Positions 1-9,888 of a DNA stretch of 64,000 nucleotides are shown in pieces. Origin of the DNA: Oscillatoria sp. FACHB-1406 (GTDB lineage: Bacteria; Cyanobacteriota; Cyanobacteriia; Cyanobacteriales; Spirulinaceae); NCBI RefSeq assembly GCF_014698145.1, contig NZ_JACJSM010000001.1, positions 280,633 to 344,632 of the forward strand. The letters run 5' to 3'. Under the pieces are notes generated by a model. That model was not told the DNA's origin, made no database searches, and was given only the letters and a program-made list of their open reading frames with translations. A program made the translations under genes and the position numbers. The stretch's first letter is position 1. Every line of letters starts with the position of its first letter.

Positions 1-353
1 CTTGAAATTTTCGTTTATGACGGAAGTGCCGCCACCACTCCATTTGATGTCTAGCTATACGTCTTGAATAATCTAATATTATTTCAACTTCAGTCAATTT
101 GTTATTAACTCGATCGTAAAACTGCATTTCTCGATCGCTATGACCCGCTTCTTGGGCTAAGCTTGCTCGATCGGCTAATTGATAGGCTTCACTAATTAAC
201 TGACCTGCGGTTTGAGCTTGTTCTTCACCATAACCAAGTTTTTGATAAATTTGAGCAGCGGCTAAGGCTAATTCTGAAAAATTTTCAGCATCATGTAGCC
301 AATAGATTTGTGATTGTAGTTCCCCTAATGTGGCAGCTAAATTTTCGCTCATG
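1..353 (-). CDS. hypothetical protein, 5' part only; gene continues past the left edge of the window
   Basis: Reverse strand reads MSENLAATLGELQSQIYWLHDAENFSELALAAAQIYQKLGYGEEQ... from an ATG near 353 with no stop before position 1. It is absent from the ORF track because it is incomplete. Confidence 0.3.
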
Positions 354-674
354 GTTTCAAAAAGACCTCATGTATTAATTCCTCTGCCTTTCTGAACTTT
401 TAAGACAACGATCGAGATGCGGAAGACCAAAGATATAGGGCTTTAATTGAAATTGAGGAAGATAAAAGTATCAATGCTTGGATTGATAAAGTGCTAGTTA
501 AGGCAGCGAAAGAGGCGATTCAAAATTAACCTTGGCTCTCCCTATCTTGTAGGAAAAGCGTATAAATACAGAATTCAATCTATCCCTCTTCCATAGGCTC
601 TACTGTTTAGGCAATGCAACTTCATCTCAGTTTGGTAGGAATTAGAGATGATTCGCAAAGCGACAGAAGAAGGG

Positions 675-780
675 TATAGCATTTTTCGTTGGCGTGAGGT
701 ACACCGCGCGGGCGAATGGCATTCGCCCCTACTCATCTAATTTCAATTTTTGTACCTCATTCCTTTGAAAAACGCTATAT
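675..780. repeat. MITE family A copy 1. TIRs are TATAGC(A/G)TTTTTC...GTGAGGTACA and TGTACCTCA...GAAAAACGCTATAT, with an internal GGGCGAATGGCATTCGCCCCTAC hairpin module
   Basis: Inverted termini are visible in the sequence. The same architecture recurs at 55399-55580 and 60113-60265. Confidence 0.6.
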
Positions 781-846
781 TTCAGACATGAAAAATCGGT
801 TTTGCTTGGCTTAAATGAGCCAATGACGAGTCCAACTTTTTAATGA

Positions 847-1767
847 TTAAGGAGCCACTGCGCGCGGGCGCGGGAAAGGCGAATCGACAAACCCTAACTC
901 ATACAATTGCTGGAAGGCTTTTTTCCCTAAATCTGTCGTTGGATTTTGCGATTTGATGATTTGAATTAAGAGGGGAACGGCGAGTTCGGGGCGATTTTGG
1001 GCGCGATGGACGAGGGCGAGTTGGTAGGTGGCGCGATCGCGCATTTCTGCGGTATTCAAGGCATTCGTGCGTTGTGTTTCAGAAATGCGGTTGTCGATTC
1101 CGGAAAAAGTATCGGCGAGTTGCCCGTATAATCCAGAGAGTTGATTGTAAACTTGGCGAGCTTCCTGGAGTTTTTGCACGGCGAGGGAGTAGTTCTGCGA
1201 ACCGATCGCGCTGCTGGCATCTTCCATCAACCGCTGTCCGCCTTGCAAGCTTAACAAGTTATTGGACTGGGAGAGGGAGCGCAAATTATTCGGATCGCTA
1301 GGCGGGGGCGCGGGAATGCTTTCTGGAGTCGGCAGTACGAAGGGTGCATCGGGCGCGGGAGTCGCTGCCGGTACCATATTATCAGTGGGGGGCTGTTCGC
1401 CTTCTTCAATGACTCGAGTGCGGTATTGAGCGGAAACTGGCGTTGTCAAGCCTAAGCTACAAGCAATGACGAGGAGCAGACCGAAGCGCAAGTTAGGAAA
1501 ATGGTTATGCTTAGCGACTAACATTAAATTTTGCAGTTTGAAATAATAACACAGCGTTGAATTTGTCTGGAGGTATCTTAGCATTTGTTTTATTTCAACG
1601 AACGCGAGCCATTGTTTATTTATCATGGGAACTAATCCTGACGAATGAGGGTTGTTGACGTTGAATCCCGAGTTTGAAGTTCCCGCTAGCTCGGAAATGG
1701 CGGGCGTAGCGGAAGAGAATATCGGTGCGATCTTACAGCGCGGCGGTGGGGAATTGCCTTTAACCAA
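847..1767 (-). CDS. secreted hypothetical protein with a Pro-rich linker and TPR-like helical C-terminal region
   Basis: Signal-peptide-like segment LRFGLLLVIACSLGLTTPVSAQ, suggesting the true start is at an internal Met near 1510. The C-terminal half has TPR-like helices. No catalytic motif recognised. Confidence 0.45.
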   Translation of the reverse strand: MVKGNSPPPRCKIAPIFSSATPAISELAGTSNSGFNVNNPHSSGLVPMINKQWLAFVEIKQMLRYLQTNSTLCYYFKLQNLMLVAKHNHFPNLRFGLLLVIACSLGLTTPVSAQYRTRVIEEGEQPPTDNMVPAATPAPDAPFVLPTPESIPAPPPSDPNNLRSLSQSNNLLSLQGGQRLMEDASSAIGSQNYSLAVQKLQEARQVYNQLSGLYGQLADTFSGIDNRISETQRTNALNTAEMRDRATYQLALVHRAQNRPELAVPLLIQIIKSQNPTTDLGKKAFQQLYELGFVDSPFPRPRAVAP

Positions 1768-3757
1768 GGCGCGCGATCGCTTTACCGTGAAGTTGCGCGC
1801 GCCGCAAACCGCCGTTCCAGAAGCGATTGGCGCGATCGCAACACGCCCAATTCCCCAAACCGAACTCTTTATCGTTCGCGTTGCCTCAGAACGCCTCGAG
1901 GAGGCAATGGCGATCGCGCGCCGCCTCGATAGTATCGCCTTTGCCAGTCACGTCTACCGCATGGCTAACAGCGCCGATACCTACGTTTACCTAACTGACG
2001 AACTGACGCTCCAATTTACCCCAGATCTCGCTGCTGACGCGATCGCAGCCTTAGTTGCGCCCTGGCAACTCCAACGTCAACAAGCCATTGAAGGCATCCC
2101 CAACGCTTTCGTCTATCGCCTCACCACCCAAACCGCCGAAAACCCGCTCAAAATCGCCAATCGACTCAGCGGACAACCGGAAATTTTGACCGCAGAAGCT
2201 AACATTATCGTCCGTCGCGATCGCTTTTATCGCCCCAAAGATTCTCTCTATCCCAAACAATGGTATCTCTACAATCAAGGCGGTTCTCAACTTGCTGCCA
2301 ATTCTCACATCGAAGTCGAGAAAGCGTGGGATATAACGCGCGGCGAACGAACGGTAGTCGTAGCGATTGCCGACGATTCCATCGATCTCAACCATCCCGA
2401 CTTTCAGGGTAAAGGTAAGATCGTTAGCCCTCGCGATCTTCGCGATAATGATTTTTTGCCCCTCCCCGAATCCGACGACGACAATCATGGAACCGCTTGT
2501 GCGGGCGTTGCTGTTGCTGAGGAAAATGGGAAAGGGATTGTGGGGGTTGCGCCCGGTTGTGCGTTGATGCCAATTCGCACCACGGGCTATTTAGATGACA
2601 GTTCGATTGAAGATTTGTGCGATTGGGCGATCGCAAAAGGTGCAAGCGTGCTGTCTTGCAGTTGGGGGGCGGCAACGATTAACTTTCCCCTGTCTCTGCG
2701 CCAGCGCGCCGCCCTCCACCGCGTCACGACGCAAGGACGCAACGGTAAAGGTTGCGTGGTTCTGTTTGCGGCGGGCAATTCCAATCGTCCGGTGAATGGT
2801 AAGATTTTCGAGCGCGAGTGGCCGCAAAATGTTTTGCAAGGGCCGACGCAATGGTTGTGCGGATTTGCTGCCCATCCTGACGTTATCGCGGTTGCGGCGA
2901 GTACCAGCCTCTCTCATAAAGCCGCTTACAGCAATTGGGGCGCAGAAATTGCCTTGTGCGCGCCGAGTAATAACGCGCCACCGGGGATTTGGTTCGAGCA
3001 AACGGGGTATATTTATACGGCTCCTGCGATCGCGGCGAATTTGCCGGGACAGGGCATTTTTACAAGCGATCGCGTCGGTAACGCCGGATATGATGTCAGC
3101 GATTTTACGGGCGATTTTGGCGGCACATCTAGTGCAACTCCAGTTGTTGCTGGCGTTGCAGCCCTCGTTCTTTCGGCAAATCCCGAACTGAACGCCGTGC
3201 AAGTCAAGCAAATTTTGCAACAAAGTGCTGATAAAATCATCGATCCGAATTCCGATCCGCAGTTGGGAATGAGGCTCGGAACCTACGACCAAAATGGTCG
3301 TTCTCAGTGGTTTGGAGCCGGTCGCGTTAATGCTTTCAAAGCGGTGAAATTGGCGCGGGAACAGCTTCAAACCCTGCCTTCCGCATCCTCCCCCATTAGT
3401 GCCGTCAGTCGCCCCTCTCTCGCCATTCCCGATGGAAATGAAGCAGGGATTCTCAGCCGCATTGCGGTGAGTGGTGCGGGAACGGTGGGGGATATTCAAG
3501 TTAGCGTTGCGATCGATCACGAATTTCTAGGCGATTTGGAGATTTATTTGCGTCCGCCTTCGGGAGGTGCGATCTTGCTGCAAGGTCGGACTCTTGGTGC
3601 AAACACCCTACTGCGTCGAACGTATACGGCCCTCTCGACTCCGGCGCTGCAACAGGCTTTGGGACAAGCAAGGGCGGGAAATTGGGACTTATGGATCGTG
3701 GATTGCGCGATCGGCGATACGGGAATTTTGCAAAGTTGGGAATTACAATTGGGTTAA
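1652..3757 (+). CDS. S8 family subtilisin-like serine peptidase with a C-terminal proprotein-convertase P-domain
   Basis: Asp/His/Ser triad motifs: VAIADDSIDLNHPDF, DNHGTACAGVAVA and GTSSATPVVAGVAALV. The C-terminal roughly 110 aa resembles a P/Homo-B domain. The true start is uncertain. Confidence 0.85.
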   Translation: MLTLNPEFEVPASSEMAGVAEENIGAILQRGGGELPLTKARDRFTVKLRAPQTAVPEAIGAIATRPIPQTELFIVRVASERLEEAMAIARRLDSIAFASHVYRMANSADTYVYLTDELTLQFTPDLAADAIAALVAPWQLQRQQAIEGIPNAFVYRLTTQTAENPLKIANRLSGQPEILTAEANIIVRRDRFYRPKDSLYPKQWYLYNQGGSQLAANSHIEVEKAWDITRGERTVVVAIADDSIDLNHPDFQGKGKIVSPRDLRDNDFLPLPESDDDNHGTACAGVAVAEENGKGIVGVAPGCALMPIRTTGYLDDSSIEDLCDWAIAKGASVLSCSWGAATINFPLSLRQRAALHRVTTQGRNGKGCVVLFAAGNSNRPVNGKIFEREWPQNVLQGPTQWLCGFAAHPDVIAVAASTSLSHKAAYSNWGAEIALCAPSNNAPPGIWFEQTGYIYTAPAIAANLPGQGIFTSDRVGNAGYDVSDFTGDFGGTSSATPVVAGVAALVLSANPELNAVQVKQILQQSADKIIDPNSDPQLGMRLGTYDQNGRSQWFGAGRVNAFKAVKLAREQLQTLPSASSPISAVSRPSLAIPDGNEAGILSRIAVSGAGTVGDIQVSVAIDHEFLGDLEIYLRPPSGGAILLQGRTLGANTLLRRTYTALSTPALQQALGQARAGNWDLWIVDCAIGDTGILQSWELQLG

Positions 3758-3803
3758 TTGTTAATTGTTAATTGACAATTGATAATTGATAATGGACAAT
3801 TAA
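3755..3803. repeat. tandem heptamer array (TAATTGT/TAATTGA variants), STRR-like
   Basis: taattgttaattgttaattgacaattgataattgataatggacaatt, starting immediately after the protease stop codon. Confidence 0.55.
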
Positions 3804-4046
3804 AAATGATTGAAGGCTTTAAATAGGTATAAATATCTAATCAACAATTAGACTGGAATATTAGGATTAAAGTTTAAAGCGTAAACAATCCTATTATTAC
3901 GGCAATGGCTCTATTATTAAGATTTCCGTTGTCAATTTCGATCGCTCGATTTTAACGCAGGATAGCAGCGGGAAAATTAAATTCACAAGTCTCTCAGACT
4001 CATGATAAATTATCCATTGTCCATTATCAATTAGTCATTATTTTCA

Positions 4047-5552
4047 ATGTTATTGAAACGAAGCAGCGGAATTCTTCTTCATCCTACTTCTTTTCCCGGA
4101 CGGTTTGGCGTGGGCGATCTCGGCGAATCGGCCTATCGCTTCATTGACTTCCTGGCAGAAAGCGGCCAGCAAGTTTGGCAAATTTTACCCCTCGGTCCAA
4201 CGGGGTACGGAAATTCACCCTATTTATGCTATTCAGCATTTGCCGGAAATCCACTGTTAATTAATTTAGAGTGGTTGGCTTCAGAAGGCTTACTTTCAGA
4301 AGAAGATTTTGCCAATTTGCCCGACTTTTCCCCCGAACGGGTGGATTACGATCGCGCCATTGCCCTAAAAATGCCCCTGCTGCAAAAAGCCTGCGATAAT
4401 TTTCGTGCGGGAGGTTCGCCGGAACGCCACGAAGAATTCGAGGCTTTTCGTACAACTCATGCCTATTGGTTGCAAGATTATGCTTTATTTATGACGCTCA
4501 AAGAAGCGCATAATGGAGCGAGTTGGCAGGATTGGGAACCGGCGTTGCGCGATCGCGATCGCGATACCCTAAAAGAGTGGAGCGATCGCTTAGAAGATCG
4601 CGTCTACTTCCACGAGTACGTTCAATCCGAATTCTTCCGGCAGTGGCAAACCTTAAAGCGTTACGCGAACGACAAAGGCGTGCAAATCTTCGGCGATGTT
4701 CCCATTTATGTCGCTGCCGATAGTGCTGATGTTTGGTCGGATCCGAAAATTTTCGTTCTCAACGTTAAAACTGGCAAACCCGCAATGATGGCGGGGGTTC
4801 CCCCCGATTATTTCAGCGAAACGGGACAACTTTGGGGAAATCCAGTTTATAACTGGCAATACCTCGAACGGACACACTTTAAATGGTGGATTCAACGCGT
4901 TGAAGGAATGCTCGATTACGTTGATATTATCCGCATCGATCATTTTCGCGGGCTAGAAGCATTTTGGGCAGTTCCCGGTTGGGCTAAAGTGGCGACAAAA
5001 GGACAATGGGTTAAGGCAAAAGGCGACGCATTTTTTGAAGCGTTGGAAGCGGAACTCGGAAAGTTGCCAATTGTCGCGGAAGATTTAGGGGTAATTACGC
5101 CAGAAGTCGATGCGCTGCGGGAGAAATACGAGATTCCGGGGATGAAAGTCTTGCAATTTGCCTTCGATTCCGATAGCGGTAATGGCTTCTTGCCTTTTAA
5201 TTATTTCGATCGCAACTGCATCGTTTATACGGGAACTCACGATAACGATACGACAGTCGGGTGGTTTTACGCGCGATCGCACGACCAACAGCAGCGCGTC
5301 ATCGATTACCTCGGTTGTCTGTGCGAAGATGGCATTCACTGGAGTTTAATTCGTCTTGCCCTCTCCTGCGTTGCCAATTGCGCCATCATTCCCCTGCAAG
5401 ATGTCTTGGGATTCGGTAACGACGCGCGGATGAACTTACCCGGAACGGCGCAAGGGAACTGGAGTTGGCGCTATCGCGCAGAAGACTTAAAACCCGAATG
5501 GTGCGATCGCTTAAAATATCTGACAAGCATTTACGGTCGCGCCCCTTATTAA
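4047..5552 (+). CDS. malQ: 4-alpha-glucanotransferase (amylomaltase)
   Basis: N-terminus RSSGILLHPTSFPGRFGVGDLG and GH77-family features throughout, about 500 aa. Confidence 0.9.
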   Translation: MLLKRSSGILLHPTSFPGRFGVGDLGESAYRFIDFLAESGQQVWQILPLGPTGYGNSPYLCYSAFAGNPLLINLEWLASEGLLSEEDFANLPDFSPERVDYDRAIALKMPLLQKACDNFRAGGSPERHEEFEAFRTTHAYWLQDYALFMTLKEAHNGASWQDWEPALRDRDRDTLKEWSDRLEDRVYFHEYVQSEFFRQWQTLKRYANDKGVQIFGDVPIYVAADSADVWSDPKIFVLNVKTGKPAMMAGVPPDYFSETGQLWGNPVYNWQYLERTHFKWWIQRVEGMLDYVDIIRIDHFRGLEAFWAVPGWAKVATKGQWVKAKGDAFFEALEAELGKLPIVAEDLGVITPEVDALREKYEIPGMKVLQFAFDSDSGNGFLPFNYFDRNCIVYTGTHDNDTTVGWFYARSHDQQQRVIDYLGCLCEDGIHWSLIRLALSCVANCAIIPLQDVLGFGNDARMNLPGTAQGNWSWRYRAEDLKPEWCDRLKYLTSIYGRAPY

Positions 5553-5558
5553 TTGCAC

Positions 5559-5593
5559 AAAAAAAATCGCGCTTTCCTGCTTGAAAGCGCGAT
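5559..5593 (-). terminator. intrinsic terminator for the phycobiliprotein gene, lying between convergent genes
   Basis: Stem TCGCGCTTTC / GAAAGCGCGA with a 6-nt loop. The reverse complement is followed by a T8 run. Confidence 0.5.
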
Positions 5594-5619
5594 ACATTGC
5601 TCGATCTGAGTTCTTAACC

Positions 5620-6129
5620 CTAAACGTCCCGTTCGCTGAGTTCGCGAGTCAGATGATCGAACGGTTCGTCTACAAAACCCGTCTTCTCGATACCAGCATC
5701 GAAAGCCATATCCTTGATCGCGTCTTTCATCAACTGAATCCCAACAACGGTTGGACCGATGGGTACGCCCAAAGAATTATAGGTTTCCCGCAATCCTTGC
5801 AGTACGCGCTCGTCGAGAACATTAGTATCAGCAGCAACCAGCGCATAACTGGCATAGCGCAGATAGTAATCCATGTCTCGCAGACAAGCCGAATAGCGAC
5901 GAGTGGTGTAAGCATATCCGCCGGGAAGAAGCAGTTCGGGAACTTCCTCGAACAATTTTGCCCCAGCCTGCCTAACAATCGTCGCTGCATTGGCTGTAAT
6001 CATCGACGCGACGGCGATCCGATCCGTACCGGACTGGAAGTAAGATTTGAGACTGTCGATCGCGTTGCGATCTAGGTAACGACCTGCAATATCGTAGTTT
6101 TTAATCAGGTTTGTAATCGCATCTCTCAT
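5620..6129 (-). CDS. phycobiliprotein of the allophycocyanin family (orphan ApcD/ApcF-like paralog)
   Basis: Chromophore-cysteine motif ...YSACLRDMDYYLRYASYALVA... and globin-like phycobilisome-protein length. The likely start is MRDAITNL. The upstream extension to 6183 in the ORF track is probably not translated. Confidence 0.7.
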   Translation of the reverse strand: MRDAITNLIKNYDIAGRYLDRNAIDSLKSYFQSGTDRIAVASMITANAATIVRQAGAKLFEEVPELLLPGGYAYTTRRYSACLRDMDYYLRYASYALVAADTNVLDERVLQGLRETYNSLGVPIGPTVVGIQLMKDAIKDMAFDAGIEKTGFVDEPFDHLTRELSERDV

Positions 6130-6418
6130 AAAATAGCGCTCCCAAACAACTTTTTTTTGCGATCGGCTTTTACACAAAGCCATTCCGACTGTTTAGCTTT
6201 AACTAACCATCATCCCACAGCGTTGGCTGCTCGCGATCGCTTCCCCGCTGCAACCCTCTCATTCCCCTAATTTTGATACATTTCTTTACATAAAGTTGGC
6301 AATCTTTAGTTTAATCCCTCGCTGCCCGCCCATTAACCCAGTAAGCGATCGCACTTCCATAAACCCTGCTTTCCAATCGTTTTCCAAACCATTAACAAAA
6401 TCTGCACAATAGAATTTT

Positions 6419-6461
6419 GTAGCGATATATACAAAACTATGGGCGACACTCTTCCTAGGAT
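6419..6461 (+). promoter_or_regulatory. NtcA-activated promoter of glnA: NtcA box GTA-N8-TAC at 6419-6432 and -10 hexamer TAGGAT (TAN3T) at 6456-6461
   Basis: tGTAgcgatataTACa lies 23 nt upstream of TAGGAT and about 70 nt upstream of the glnA ATG. This is the canonical arrangement at cyanobacterial glnA. Confidence 0.6.
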
Positions 6462-6502
6462 CGTCCGAGACTCAAAATAGGAAAAACGGAAGGAGCCATC
6501 CT

Positions 6503-7930
6503 ATGTCGAAGACCCCGGCAGACATTCTCAAGATGATTAAGGATGAAGACATCAAAATCATCGACCTTAAATTCATCGATATGCCAGGAATCTGGCAGCA
6601 CTGTTCGTTCTACTACGATCAGATTGACGAAAGCTCCTTTGAAGACGGCGTAGCCTTTGATGGCTCCAGTATTCGGGGTTGGAAGGCCATCAACGAATCC
6701 GATATGTCGATGGTTCCCGATCCTAGCACCGCTTGGATCGACCCCTTCTATCAAGAAAAAACCCTGAGCATGATCTGCTCGATCAAAGAACCCCGTACCG
6801 GCGAATGGTACAGCCGCGATCCGCGCAGCATCGCTCAAAAAGCCCTTGATTTCCTCGCGTCTACCGGCATTGGCGACACCGCCTTCTTCGGCCCGGAAGC
6901 CGAATTCTTCGTCTTCGACGACGTGCGTTTTGACCAAACCGAAAACAAAGGCTTTTATTACGTCGATAGCGTTGAGGGACGCTGGAACTCCGGACGCGAA
7001 GAAGCAGGCGGAAACCTAGGCTACAAACCGGGTTACAAACAAGGTTACTTCCCCGTCGCTCCCACCGACACCATCCAAGATATGCGCACTGAAATGCTGC
7101 TGACGATGGGAGAAAAGTGCGGCGTTCCGATCGAAAAGCATCACCACGAAGTCGCGACGGGCGGACAAAACGAACTCGGCATTAAATTCGCCACCCTCGT
7201 TGAAGCAGCAGACTACTTAATGACCTATAAATACGTCATTAAAAACGTCGCTAAGAAATACGGCAAAACCGTCACCTTCATGCCCAAACCCCTGTTCAAC
7301 GATAACGGGTCTGGGATGCACACGCACCAATCGATCTGGAAAGACGGGCAACCTCTATTCTGGGGTGACGAAGGTTATGCAAACTTGAGCAAAATGGCGC
7401 TGAACTACATCGGCGGTATCCTCAAGCACGCGCCTGCACTGCTTGCCTTCACCAACCCGACAACCAACTCCTACAAGCGTTTGGTTCCGGGTTTTGAAGC
7501 GCCGGTGAACCTCGCTTACTCCCAAGGAAACCGTTCGGCTTCGGTTCGCATTCCCCTTTCCGGTACGAATCCTAAAGCCAAGCGCTTAGAATTCCGCTGC
7601 CCCGATGCAACTGCCAACCCTTACCTCGCTTTCGCAGCGATGCTGTGTGCCGGTATCGACGGAATTAAGAACGAAATCGACCCGGGCGAACCCCTCGATG
7701 TCGATATCTACGAATTAACACCCGAAGAGTTGAGCAAGATTCCTAGCACGCCGGGTTCTCTCGAAGATGCCCTCGAATGCTTGCAAAACGATCGCGCATT
7801 CTTAACCAATAGCGGTGTCTTTACCGAAGACTTCATCGATAACTGGATTTCCTACAAACTCGACAATGAAGTTAACCCGATGCGCCTGCGCCCGCATCCC
7901 TACGAGTTCGCACTCTACTACGACTGCTAA
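6503..7930 (+). CDS. glnA: glutamine synthetase type I
   Basis: [35 protein letters not shown]..., full-length GSI, with the NtcA box upstream. Confidence 0.95.
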   Translation: MSKTPADILKMIKDEDIKIIDLKFIDMPGIWQHCSFYYDQIDESSFEDGVAFDGSSIRGWKAINESDMSMVPDPSTAWIDPFYQEKTLSMICSIKEPRTGEWYSRDPRSIAQKALDFLASTGIGDTAFFGPEAEFFVFDDVRFDQTENKGFYYVDSVEGRWNSGREEAGGNLGYKPGYKQGYFPVAPTDTIQDMRTEMLLTMGEKCGVPIEKHHHEVATGGQNELGIKFATLVEAADYLMTYKYVIKNVAKKYGKTVTFMPKPLFNDNGSGMHTHQSIWKDGQPLFWGDEGYANLSKMALNYIGGILKHAPALLAFTNPTTNSYKRLVPGFEAPVNLAYSQGNRSASVRIPLSGTNPKAKRLEFRCPDATANPYLAFAAMLCAGIDGIKNEIDPGEPLDVDIYELTPEELSKIPSTPGSLEDALECLQNDRAFLTNSGVFTEDFIDNWISYKLDNEVNPMRLRPHPYEFALYYDC

Positions 7931-7942
7931 ACCAATCTGCTA

Positions 7943-8063
7943 ATACCAATTTAAGATTGCGCTGCCTAGAATCAACTCTCCTAAATTCTTAGGATAACGG
8001 TGCGTTACGCTTCGCTAACACACCCTACTTTTCATTCTATGCAGCTTCATATCAATCTGGTAT
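7943..8063. repeat. MITE family B copy 1 (about 121 bp, termini ATACCAAT...ATCTGGTAT) carrying an internal hairpin GGTGCGTTACGCTTCGCTAACACACCC
   Basis: Near-identical to 15788-15908. It lies 13 nt after the glnA stop. Confidence 0.6.
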
Positions 8064-8216
8064 AAGCAGATAATCGCCTCCCTATTGAGGAGGCGATTTT
8101 TTTCGAGCGTTCGGGGCTGAAGAAAAATCAGTTTAAGACCTCAGCTAAAGCGATACAAATTCCCCAATAATGGCTAAAATGTATCGGGCGGCAAGCAACC
8201 TGCTGGGGCGATTACC

Positions 8217-9857
8217 ATGAATGAGTACGATCTCGCACTGTTAAAACTAAGACTTCGACGCATATTGAGTTCGCGGGCCGGAGCAATCGCGGTAGCGACG
8301 TTAGGGACGTTTACTACAGTTGCGTTTGCCATCCAAGGTTCCTCTCCTCCACCGCGCGCCTCTCTCTCCGACGAGGCGAACAGCCCGGAAGCGATCGCGC
8401 CGAGCGACGAACGACCGAGTATTTTCGATGTTCCGGCGAAATACCGCGATAAGCTTTTAGCCATTCGGGACCCTTCTCCTCTTCCCAATTCCTTATCTTC
8501 TGGCGATCGCAACGATAAAGAGTTTGGGCGAAGCAACTCGACAATAGGTTTTAACCCAAAACCTCTTTTCCCCCTCACTGGGTTTGGGAGTTTCGCCAGA
8601 TCTCGAACTTCCCCAACAGGCGAGAGTCAACCTCGTTTCAATACCCCTTCAAAACGTCAGGCCAAGTTTCGCATTCCGCCCGATAACGCCGCGCAACCGC
8701 TGCCCTCTCCTGCTTCACCTCTGCAATCTCCCCAACAAGAACTACCACTCTCCCTAACCGATGCGATCGCCCTCGCCCTAGTTCGGGATTCCGATAGCGC
8801 TCGCAGTTACTTAGCGTCGCGATCTCAGCCTGCTAATGCAGAAGCAAGCGATCGCCAACCCGTCGCCACAACCTTAAAACTCGGGGAAAACCTCGCCCTA
8901 AAAATTCCTGCTGCTGCGGGTATCAATTACGCTCCGGGGGCGTTACCGGGCGAAGCGGAATCCAATCCCCAGTTTCCCTCCCTCAGCCAGCAAATTATTA
9001 CTCAATTACTGCAACCCCTACCGCCGGATGCAGGCGATAATCTTGCAGCACTGCAAACCGCTCGATTAACGGAACAGTCGAATCGGTTAGCCGCGCGACA
9101 AATGTTAGAAGAGACGATTGCAGAGGTGGGGATGAACTACCGCAAACTCTTGCAAGCGCAAGCGAGAGTCGCCATTGAAGCATCAGCCCTCGATCGCGCT
9201 CGCAGCCAATCGCTTCAGCCTTCAGACGCGCGCTGGCAGCAGGCTAAGGCTGATTTGGAGAACATCCGGGCGGAACTGAGCAACCGCCTCAAGCTCGATC
9301 GCGCCTTACCCGTGGCCACTGTCGTTCCGAACGCGATCGAACCCTTTCCCCTTGACGAGAGCGCCTTGCAGCAATTTATGCTTGCCAATCGTCCCGATTA
9401 CCTGCAAAGTCAACTCGAAGTCGAACGCGCTAAAGTTGCCCTCCAGCAAGCTGAAACCCTCGCGGTTGCAGCCGATAATAAGCAAGGGGATGAGAAAGGA
9501 GGTTCGCCTTCAGAAGTCGATCTCGAATCCTATCGCCAAGCCCTTGCGCAAGCAAACCATTCTCGGGAAGTGTTGGCGAATCGCCTGCAACTGGAACTGA
9601 GCGATCGCGTTCGGGAGTTAGATTTAAGTTTCAAACAACTTCAACTCGCCCGTAAAGTCCGGCAGGAAGCCCAAACCACCCCGAATCAAGGCAGCGATGG
9701 GCGTGCGTTGGAGGGCTGGTATAGCGAGCTTGTTAACGCCCAGCAAGACGAATTGAATGCTACGATCGCCTGCCTCAATGCGATCGCGCGGCTAGATTTA
9801 GCGACGGGCAATACGCTCAATCGTTGGGGGATTGAAGTTAACGCTAGTTCGGGCTAA
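8217..9857 (+). CDS. TolC-like outer-membrane efflux protein (OEP family) with a long low-complexity Pro/Ser-rich N-terminal region
   Basis: Two OEP-like repeats (LPLSLTDAIALAL..., NRPDYLQSQLEVERAKVALQQAE..., LELSDRVRELDLSFKQLQLARK). The assignment is tentative. Confidence 0.45.
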   Translation: MNEYDLALLKLRLRRILSSRAGAIAVATLGTFTTVAFAIQGSSPPPRASLSDEANSPEAIAPSDERPSIFDVPAKYRDKLLAIRDPSPLPNSLSSGDRNDKEFGRSNSTIGFNPKPLFPLTGFGSFARSRTSPTGESQPRFNTPSKRQAKFRIPPDNAAQPLPSPASPLQSPQQELPLSLTDAIALALVRDSDSARSYLASRSQPANAEASDRQPVATTLKLGENLALKIPAAAGINYAPGALPGEAESNPQFPSLSQQIITQLLQPLPPDAGDNLAALQTARLTEQSNRLAARQMLEETIAEVGMNYRKLLQAQARVAIEASALDRARSQSLQPSDARWQQAKADLENIRAELSNRLKLDRALPVATVVPNAIEPFPLDESALQQFMLANRPDYLQSQLEVERAKVALQQAETLAVAADNKQGDEKGGSPSEVDLESYRQALAQANHSREVLANRLQLELSDRVRELDLSFKQLQLARKVRQEAQTTPNQGSDGRALEGWYSELVNAQQDELNATIACLNAIARLDLATGNTLNRWGIEVNASSG

Positions 9858-9888
9858 GTAGAACGACGGTTGCTGAGTTTAAGCGAGT

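Noticed and set aside
2591-3520. 309-aa antisense ORF inside the S8 protease gene (also 2051-2488, 2424-2675, 2796-3191)
   Set aside because: It lies entirely within a well-supported protease CDS on the opposite strand. The Arg/Ala/Cys-rich low-complexity translation is typical of antisense reading through HIP1-rich, GC-biased codons.
5581-6075. 164-aa plus-strand ORF overlapping the phycobiliprotein gene
   Set aside because: The opposite-strand phycobiliprotein has a clear family signature and terminator. This ORF has no motif and begins inside the terminator hairpin.
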